Part shown: in pieces, positions 46,871 through 53,900 of the stretch
Layout: every line of letters starts with the position of its first letter
Numbering within the stretch: position 1 is the first letter of the stretch
IMG/VR virus record: IMGVR_UViG_3300020046_001970
Direction: 5' to 3' (one strand)
From: an uncultured virus (IMG/VR IMGVR_UViG_3300020046_001970)
Taxonomy: Duplodnaviria > Heunggongvirae > Uroviricota > Caudoviricetes
DNA: 58,077 nt
The notes under the pieces: model-generated
Database searches by the model: none
Told to the model about the DNA's origin: nothing
Seen by the model: only the letters and a program-made list of their open reading frames with translations
Position numbers and translations under genes: made by a program

Positions 46871-47664
46871 TGGGTAAGCAAGCCATGTCTGAAGATACCA
46901 AAGGGGTTAGATTTGTTGAAGTCACCCTCGAAGATATATCCAAGTTCATCTTGCGGAGTTGGCGTGCTCTTCGCCCGAAACAGGGTACAGAGAAGCGTGA
47001 AATCTACTATGACCTCGCATTGAGTGCCAACGTAGCTATCCGTATTTGGACTTCAATTGGGGTGAGTCGTGACATTGGAGCTGATATTGGCTCAGACGCG
47101 ATTCGCATTCAAATACTCGCCAAAAAAGGTGGTAGGTCTTGGCCCCTAACCGAGAAGGGTACAAAGGCACCTACCGTCAGACGAACTAAAGGGTGGAAAG
47201 ATAATCTTCAGGAGCGAGTAGAAGACTATCTTGAGTTGTACGAAGAGAAGGAAGCTATATTTGAGGCGCTAGCTACTGGAAACCCCATCCAAGACAAGGC
47301 TCCGGAAGTCAGGCAGAGGGATCCAGAGCCTGAGCAACGCGACCGTGACCCAGAGCCTAGAGGTCGTCCAGCGGATGCGACCTTCACCAAGCTTAGGAGT
47401 GGAGAGTGGGGCCTTCGTGTAATCGGCAAGGCAGGTCCTGGAGATCGTGTCCTAGCCAAACGTCAGAGTGGGCAAGCTCAGATACTAGTCTGTGGTGAGG
47501 TTGTCTGGAGTGGTATAGATTATGGGGATTTCATCACTGTAACCACGATCAGTAAGACACGAACCGCCAGCGGTCCGTGTTCGTGTAAGGTTGGTGCGAC
47601 GGATGATGGGCCGTGTGGTTGTAACTCTGTAGTTGCTTCTTATTCCTATGACCGTAGCAAGTAA
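46867..47664 (+). CDS. Two-domain hypothetical protein
   Basis: IRIWTSI...DAIRI N-domain; small ATFTKLRSGEWG C-domain; Cys-rich end. Confidence 0.7.
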   Translation: MMGKQAMSEDTKGVRFVEVTLEDISKFILRSWRALRPKQGTEKREIYYDLALSANVAIRIWTSIGVSRDIGADIGSDAIRIQILAKKGGRSWPLTEKGTKAPTVRRTKGWKDNLQERVEDYLELYEEKEAIFEALATGNPIQDKAPEVRQRDPEPEQRDRDPEPRGRPADATFTKLRSGEWGLRVIGKAGPGDRVLAKRQSGQAQILVCGEVVWSGIDYGDFITVTTISKTRTASGPCSCKVGATDDGPCGCNSVVASYSYDRSK

Positions 47665-48523
47665 AGACTCAGAATCCCCTCTTACTTTTCAAGTTCTTGT
47701 GGACCCTACGCACCCTTCAATTCTGGAGGGTGCGGTTTCGTTTGAGACTGGAGCTACAAGAGCACAGTTAGCTCCAGGGGTCGCCTATGAGCACCACGGT
47801 GAGGAGTTCAGTGCGGAGGACGCTGGAGCCCTCACGAGGTTCTACGAGGACTTGATCTTGGGGGTCCCGATGCCTCTCACCTTGTCCCTACACAAGGTAG
47901 AGGACCTGGATGCTATACTAGCTACGGCTTTGTTTCTGCATCGAGACTTGACTCTCCATCCCAACACGACTGGGCTCGTGTCTGCTGTAGATCTTATCCA
48001 CCGTAGGGGTCCAGCCTTCTATGGGCACGTAGATGAGGACCTCGCTCGTTTTCTACATGGCCTCCAAGACTATCTCAGACAAGAAACCTCAAAGCAGGAA
48101 CGTGGAGTCCGGATAGGGACCGCAGCTCAATGGATTCGAGAGTACGTCCTCGATGGGACCTTGCCGAACCTAGGCCCTCACGCCCCCAGAGTTCGAATCC
48201 TAGATGTCGGCACAAATGGATTTGTATTAGCTGAGTCGGATCAGCCATCGACCAAGTGTTGGGAGGTGCTGTATCGTTTGGGGTTCCTACGTGGGGTTAT
48301 ACTGGGGCCTCTGGTGGATAGTGAGCGTCGTATGGTTCTAGCCTCCAAGAAAAGCTCTCATGTTCAATTCGACCTAGCTAGGGCTGCCTCACACCTCAAT
48401 GAGTTAGAGGTTCTGTCCGGTGGGGACTCAGAGTGGGAAGTCTCAGGGGAGTACCTGACGAGTCCGACAGAGGGGTCTGTAGTGCTAGCCAACTACATCC
48501 TTCAAGTCCTACTCCGGGTATGA
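47648..48523 (+). CDS. Possible permuted DHH-like phosphoesterase
   Basis: YEHHG precedes H...DLDA..A; weak motif match. Confidence 0.4.
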   Translation: MTVASKDSESPLTFQVLVDPTHPSILEGAVSFETGATRAQLAPGVAYEHHGEEFSAEDAGALTRFYEDLILGVPMPLTLSLHKVEDLDAILATALFLHRDLTLHPNTTGLVSAVDLIHRRGPAFYGHVDEDLARFLHGLQDYLRQETSKQERGVRIGTAAQWIREYVLDGTLPNLGPHAPRVRILDVGTNGFVLAESDQPSTKCWEVLYRLGFLRGVILGPLVDSERRMVLASKKSSHVQFDLARAASHLNELEVLSGGDSEWEVSGEYLTSPTEGSVVLANYILQVLLRV

Positions 48524-48525
48524 GG

Positions 48526-48535
48526 ATCTTGTTGT
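48526..48535 (+). promoter_or_regulatory. Candidate late-promoter motif (ATCTTGTTGT)
   Basis: 15 nt before GTG 48551. Confidence 0.5.
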
Positions 48536-48550
48536 GCGGTTTAGGTTAGA

Positions 48551-49771
48551 GTGAGTCGCACCCTTGTTACGATAGCTACGGATGGGTTTCGAGACTATGT
48601 AAGTCTCCCCAATGGCGACACAATCAACCTAGGTACAACCTCGGTCCTAAAGCTGATTACGGAAGTGGTGCCCTTCTCAGCGGATATTCGTAAGGCCCTA
48701 GATACCTTCCTAGCTAAAGGTACCGTCACTTTGGCGGCTGATCAGTCAGCTCTACTGAAGGTTCTTCGCCCAAAGAAGTCCCGATGGGCAGCACATGAGA
48801 ATCGTTTTATTCCCGTTGGTATACAAGACCCTAATGGAGTTTGGAATTCAATGAGTACTGACCTGTTTAACTCTAAGCTCGCGTCTCTAGAGACCCTTGT
48901 CGAACTTGGTATTGACGAGGACACTACTAGGGTTGCTCGTCAGCTTGTGGCGGCTCTAAGGGTAGCAGCGGTTGATGCGGATGCCAAGCGAGAGCTGGAC
49001 TTGTTCATTGAGAACGAGGGGCGGTTGGCAGCTAAGAAGGAGAGTATCCTTACCAACCTACTCCGTAAGTTGAAGTCTGATGGTTACAACCACAGCCAGG
49101 CCCCCAAACTTTGGATGTACCTCGTGGACGAAGGGGCCAAGATGTACGCGAAGGAGATGGGTAGCGGTATTGGGGACGCAAAAAACCTCTTCCCCAAGGA
49201 ACTCCGAGAGTCTCTCGCAAAGGACATGGCTGACAACGAGCTAGAGCTAATGAAGAATGGGGAGTACGACCATTTGAAGAAGGCTTCTAGCTCGGTAGAG
49301 GCTCAAGTGGAGACGGTTGTTGGGCAAGTAGAGACTGCACTCCAAGTGGTCGAGACTAGCCCTAAGGCCAACACGCACCTGGCTAAGAAAGACCTTCACA
49401 TCATTGCTACGAAACTAGCTGCTATGGTTTCAGAAGATGCGGGTCCTGAGGTCACAGCAGGGCTAGAGGACTTGGCTGGGAAGGTAGCCAAGATCCAGTC
49501 TCACTTTGCTTGTGGCGGGGGCTGCTCAGGTCATGCTCAGAGTGAGGCAGAGAGTCTACTATCCAAGGTTGAAGACACCTTCCAAGTAGTAGAGGCCAGT
49601 GGTAAGTCTGGAGCAAACCTAGCGAAGAAGGACCTACACACTACCACGGTAAGGCTAGCTTCTTTGCTGCGTGAGGGCGGCGTAGATAGCGTCGAGGGTC
49701 AAAAGGCTCTACGAAACTTGTCTTTCAATGTAAGTAAGATTCGGTCTCACTTCGCGAGTCGAGTCGTCTAG
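48551..49771 (+). CDS. Modular hypothetical protein with duplicated C-terminal helical domain
   Basis: VE...QVVE.S.K....LAKKDLH.....LA...KI.SHFA occurs twice. Confidence 0.75.
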   Translation: MSRTLVTIATDGFRDYVSLPNGDTINLGTTSVLKLITEVVPFSADIRKALDTFLAKGTVTLAADQSALLKVLRPKKSRWAAHENRFIPVGIQDPNGVWNSMSTDLFNSKLASLETLVELGIDEDTTRVARQLVAALRVAAVDADAKRELDLFIENEGRLAAKKESILTNLLRKLKSDGYNHSQAPKLWMYLVDEGAKMYAKEMGSGIGDAKNLFPKELRESLAKDMADNELELMKNGEYDHLKKASSSVEAQVETVVGQVETALQVVETSPKANTHLAKKDLHIIATKLAAMVSEDAGPEVTAGLEDLAGKVAKIQSHFACGGGCSGHAQSEAESLLSKVEDTFQVVEASGKSGANLAKKDLHTTTVRLASLLREGGVDSVEGQKALRNLSFNVSKIRSHFASRVV

Positions 49772-50679
49772 TGCTTCAAGGACTTCAAATACAGACTTCC
49801 CTGTCCGCTCCAAATGAGAGCGGTTTGGAAGTCTTGTTGAAGGTCTGTAAGGGCCCGTGTGGACTTGATAAGTCTACACTGGAGTTTGGTATTCGTAAAG
49901 ACAAGAAGGGGCTGGAAGTACTCCGAACTTGGTGCAAGCCGTGTGAGGTTTTGGCGACTCAAGACTATCTTCGTAGGAAGAAGCTGGGTCTCGGCCCTAA
50001 GCCCAAGAAGGTCGTTGCCATTCCTAAATCGAAGACTTGTGCTGGATGTAAAGAGGACTTGGCGCTGGCTCAATTTAGACCTCGGAAAAGAGGACTCTAC
50101 GGACGCTACAGTCTCTGTGGTACATGCGAGAAGGCCGTTAACCAAGTCTACGTAGAGACCAATAGGGAAGAGATTAACCGAAGGAAACGTGAGTCCTGGT
50201 TAGCAACCCCTAAAACTGAGGAGCAAAAACAAGAAGCTGCGGGTAAAGCAAGGGCTTGGTACAAAGCAAATAGAGAAAGAGCCGTTGCTGTTCGCATTGC
50301 TTGGGTTAGGTCCCACCCAGATAGTCGGATTGCAATAAACAAACGATGGAGGGGCCTTAACCCCTTAAAAGTTGCAGAAAATGTTAGGCAGCGAAGAGTA
50401 ACCCTTTCCAAAGTTGAGAACACCTTAACTACCCAAGAGTGGGAGGCTGTCGTACAGTCCTTTGGGGGTCGTTGTGTTTACTGCGGCTCAGGTAGCAAGA
50501 AGATCACAATGGACCACATTCAACCTATCTCAAAGGGTGGGGCTCACTCCAAAGAGAATGTCGTCCCAGCCTGTAAGTCATGTAACTCTCGAAAGGGCGC
50601 AAAAGACCCAGCTCTATTCGAGTTTGTGGTCCACCCAAAGCCAATTTCACACAAGTTTAACGCAAAGAACGGAGCGTAA
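49771..50679 (+). CDS. HNH homing endonuclease
   Basis: CVYCG...MDHIQPISKGG.H...N.V.AC.SCN..K; N-terminal Cys fingers. Confidence 0.92.
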   Translation: MLQGLQIQTSLSAPNESGLEVLLKVCKGPCGLDKSTLEFGIRKDKKGLEVLRTWCKPCEVLATQDYLRRKKLGLGPKPKKVVAIPKSKTCAGCKEDLALAQFRPRKRGLYGRYSLCGTCEKAVNQVYVETNREEINRRKRESWLATPKTEEQKQEAAGKARAWYKANRERAVAVRIAWVRSHPDSRIAINKRWRGLNPLKVAENVRQRRVTLSKVENTLTTQEWEAVVQSFGGRCVYCGSGSKKITMDHIQPISKGGAHSKENVVPACKSCNSRKGAKDPALFEFVVHPKPISHKFNAKNGA

Positions 50680-50681
50680 GT

Positions 50682-51422
50682 ATGGGATCCCCTCAGCAGG
50701 AATTAAATTCCTACATTTATCGTATGGGTACGGCGCCAAACACTAGGGTAGCTGTAAGCCAAAAGAACAAAATTTTCGGGTATATGACCGGAAAGCAAGG
50801 ATTTCAGCAGATCGGAGTTATCTCCGAGTTCGGCTTCGACGAGTCCAGGACCATTGACGCTGTACGTGGCGTAGGTTTCGGAGATCAGGTTGCCGAGTTG
50901 GTGCCTGGAGTCACTGAGCCGATGACACTGACCCTAAACCGTACCCTACTCTACACCGTCAACATCTTTCAGGTGTTGGGTTACAAAGGTGGCGTAGAGG
51001 GTCTTGTACGCTCTCTAAAGCACCACAGGTGGCCTTTCGACCTCAAGCAGGAGCTTGTCTTCTCGGAGATCAGCTCAGATGCAAAAGACGTGAGTGCCCC
51101 TGGGTTAAAAAACTCTGTGAGCGCAGGTAGAGCGACAGCTGGAGTAAATGGGCTCCTAAATGGTGGTTCTATCAAGGCGCTCTTTACCTTTTATGAGGGA
51201 TGCTGGTTGAACAGCTACTCGGCTTCGTTTACGTCAGATGCCGCTATGGTAGCTGAGAATAGCTCCGTAACGGTAACTGACATCATCGATGGGTTCTCGG
51301 ATTACGGAGAGTTCATTGATTCGGGTCTAGCGCCAATCGGCGCTAACGGGTCGGCTGGAGCTGGGTACAGTCTTCGTTTTGCAGGTGGAGCTGCCTCGAA
51401 TACGGCGGTAGGGGCAGTCTAA
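50682..51422 (+). CDS. Tail tube protein
   Basis: IG.I......R...V...G.G....E.VPG......L.R...YEGCW..SYS pattern; lies before chaperones and TMP. Confidence 0.75.
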   Translation: MGSPQQELNSYIYRMGTAPNTRVAVSQKNKIFGYMTGKQGFQQIGVISEFGFDESRTIDAVRGVGFGDQVAELVPGVTEPMTLTLNRTLLYTVNIFQVLGYKGGVEGLVRSLKHHRWPFDLKQELVFSEISSDAKDVSAPGLKNSVSAGRATAGVNGLLNGGSIKALFTFYEGCWLNSYSASFTSDAAMVAENSSVTVTDIIDGFSDYGEFIDSGLAPIGANGSAGAGYSLRFAGGAASNTAVGAV

Positions 51423-51518
51423 CCCCTCACAAACTAACAGATTAAGATAAACGTAGAGAGACTAGATCGGATCAAATTCCCTTTCTGTCTCTCCCACCTA
51501 TGGGTGCGGAGAACACAC

Positions 51519-52610
51519 ATGGCAACACTCTCAGCGAAGAAGATCACTGAAGCACTAAAGAAGGCTCAGAACGTAGGGCACACAGAAGAGGCATTTACCA
51601 TAGGAGGCTGCGAAATAGTGCTTCGCAGCCTCACTTCCGATGAGTACATCGTGGTAATGTCTGAGATCGAAGAGGTCCCTGAGGCTGGTTACGTAAAGGC
51701 ATTCAAGCAAGAGCACTTAGCTCGGTCTATCATAGAGGTCAATGGTATTGACCTACGAAACGTAGACTTTGTTGCNNNNNNNNNNNNNNNNNNNNNNNNN
51801 NNNNNNNNNNNNNNNNNNNNNNNNNNNNNNNNNNNNNNNNNNNNNNNNNNNNNNNNNNNNNNNNNNNNNNNNNNNNNNNNNNNNNNNNNNNNNNNNNNNN
51901 NNNNNNNNNNNNNNNNNNNNNNNNNNNNNNNNNNNNNNNNNNNNNNNNNNNNNNNNNNNNNNNNNNNNNNNNNNNNNNNNNNNNNNNNNNNNNNNNNNNN
52001 NNNNNNNNNNNNNNNNNNNNNNNNNNNNNNNNNNNNNNNNNNNNNNNNNNNNNNNNNNNNNNNNNNNNNNNNNNNNNNNNNNNNNNNNNNNNNNNNNNNN
52101 NNNNNNNNNNNNNNNNNNNNNNNNNNNNNNNNNNNNNNNNNNNNNNNNNNNNNNNNNNNNNNNNNNNNNNNNNNNNNNNNNNNNNNNNNNNNNNNNNNNN
52201 NNNNNNNNNNNNNNNNNNNNNNNNNNNNNNNNNNNNNNNNNNNNNNNNNNNNNNNNNNNNNNNNNNNNNNNNNNNNNNNNNNNNNNNNNNNNNNNNNNNN
52301 NNNNNNNNNNNNNNNNNNNNNNNNNNNNNNNNNNNNNNNNNNNNNNNNNNNNNNNNNNNNNNNNNNNNNNNNNNNNNNNNNNNNNNNNNNNNNNNNNNNN
52401 NNNNNNNNNNNNNNNNNNNNACGAGCAGCTGAGATTGCAGCACTAGAGGGAGACTTTAGCGCGGAGCCAGAACCAGCTATTCAAGGGGGCACAGAGGTAG
52501 CTGAGTTGACCCGAGTACAACCTAAGTTGGATCCAGCAGCGCTAGCTCCTATCTTTGATCAGCCACCTACTCTAGGCCTCAACCCACGGTTTAGGCCACC
52601 TCCGAGATAG
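51519..52610 (+). CDS. Putative tail assembly chaperone, interrupted by assembly gap
   Basis: LRSLT..E...LARSI.E.NG follows the tube gene; frame continuity across the Ns cannot be verified. Confidence 0.5.
   Translation: MATLSAKKITEALKKAQNVGHTEEAFTIGGCEIVLRSLTSDEYIVVMSEIEEVPEAGYVKAFKQEHLARSIIEVNGIDLRNVDFVXXXXXXXXXXXXXXXXXXXXXXXXXXXXXXXXXXXXXXXXXXXXXXXXXXXXXXXXXXXXXXXXXXXXXXXXXXXXXXXXXXXXXXXXXXXXXXXXXXXXXXXXXXXXXXXXXXXXXXXXXXXXXXXXXXXXXXXXXXXXXXXXXXXXXXXXXXXXXXXXXXXXXXXXXXXXXXXXXXXXXXXXXXXXXXXXXXXXXXXXXXXXXXXXXXXXXXXXRAAEIAALEGDFSAEPEPAIQGGTEVAELTRVQPKLDPAALAPIFDQPPTLGLNPRFRPPPR
51776..52420. other. Assembly gap (645 N)
   Basis: Run of n. Confidence 1.
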
Positions 52611-52620
52611 GTAGGCGCAA

Positions 52621-53898
52621 GTGAATTCTCCCAACAACTTCGCTGAGGCAATTAACAGGATGGTTGAGGGGGAAGAGGAAGAACCTTCCCCTGAAGACAT
52701 CCATATCACTGCACCTAAAGACCCAGAGGTTAACCCTGAGGTCTACAAGGATGTAGAGACATTGCTCTTCCAGGGGTTTCTGACCCTGTATGGAGAGGTC
52801 AACGGAGTCCCATTCATCTTCAAGTCACTAAACCATCACGAGCATCAGAACATCCAATGGGTGTCTGGGAATATCTCGGGGAGGGGGAGTGACCTGCGGT
52901 ACTACGCTACGTTCATCGCGTATGGGATCTTCATGGTCGATGGGGAGAACATACTCCTAGATCGGGAGCGGTGGGTTCCTAAGCTAGTTAAGACGTTCGA
53001 GACATTCCCAGCTCCAGCAAGATCCAAAATCGTACAGTACTTGAGTGAGGTGAACCGAAGAGCCTCGAATGCTGTTACGCTTGCGGAGGCATACCAGATG
53101 GAAGCTGCCTCTCGGTTTAAGTGGGCTCAACTCCAGGGGCTTGGGTTAGGCTCCACTGCCTGTACTGGCATTGTAGGATCAGCTAATCTAGGGCTTAATT
53201 ACGCACAGCTAGTCTGGAGAGCCCTAAATCACTACGAGGACATCAAAGACCAAACCGAACGAGAGTGGGACCATTCTAAGTTTATTGGCGGATGCTTTGT
53301 AGGTGGCAAGGAAATTCGGAAGGTTCACAGTCAGGACCAAGAGCGTCGAAAAAAGGAACGAGAGACGAGGTTAGAGCGGAAGGACAAAATCATTCGACTA
53401 GTCCTACTAGGGGAAAACCCAGAGGTTGACTCCAAGACCAATCAGATAAAGATCGTCGCTCGTACGGTTGAGGAACTGGCTTCTCAGTTGGAGAGAGACC
53501 TTCGAGGTGAAAAGGACTGGCACGATGAAATCGTGGCCAAGGAGGAAGCGAAAATTCGAGCTGCAATCCAAGACCGACAATCGAAGCTGCAACAGCTCAT
53601 TCAGTCTAAACGAGAAGACCGGTCCTCCCCAAGGGCTGCCTTCACGGACATGGTGGGTCTTACTAAGGAAGAGATTGCACAACGTGTTGTGCGAAGGAGA
53701 CAGCTTGAAGCTCAGGAAGCAGCTTCTCGTATCGTACACCCTGAGTTGACGGACGAGCGGATGAGCGACTTTAACGAGAAGTACATAGACAAATATATGC
53801 ACAAGTCTGTAGCTGACCGAATCCAGGTAACCGACCGAGATCCATCCGAGGTTCTCAACCCCCCTGTTCGACCGCCAGGGACCCCATTTAGGAGATAG
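52621..53898 (+). CDS. Putative tail assembly chaperone-like protein
   Basis: Lies between tube and TMP; charged coiled C-terminus. Confidence 0.5.
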   Translation: MNSPNNFAEAINRMVEGEEEEPSPEDIHITAPKDPEVNPEVYKDVETLLFQGFLTLYGEVNGVPFIFKSLNHHEHQNIQWVSGNISGRGSDLRYYATFIAYGIFMVDGENILLDRERWVPKLVKTFETFPAPARSKIVQYLSEVNRRASNAVTLAEAYQMEAASRFKWAQLQGLGLGSTACTGIVGSANLGLNYAQLVWRALNHYEDIKDQTEREWDHSKFIGGCFVGGKEIRKVHSQDQERRKKERETRLERKDKIIRLVLLGENPEVDSKTNQIKIVARTVEELASQLERDLRGEKDWHDEIVAKEEAKIRAAIQDRQSKLQQLIQSKREDRSSPRAAFTDMVGLTKEEIAQRVVRRRQLEAQEAASRIVHPELTDERMSDFNEKYIDKYMHKSVADRIQVTDRDPSEVLNPPVRPPGTPFRR

Positions 53899-53900
53899 TT

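Noticed and set aside
44210..46881. Multiple minus-strand ORFs within the helicase gene
   Set aside because: Antisense shadows favoured by the scarcity of CTA/TTA there; no recognisable motifs.
49771..49830. Possible duplication of the tube gene start at the HNH N-terminus (SAPNE versus TAPNT)
   Set aside because: Similarity too short to distinguish from chance.
51739..52446. ORFs made of X, and a possible tail-chaperone frameshift
   Set aside because: Artefacts of the N gap; a slippery site cannot be assessed.
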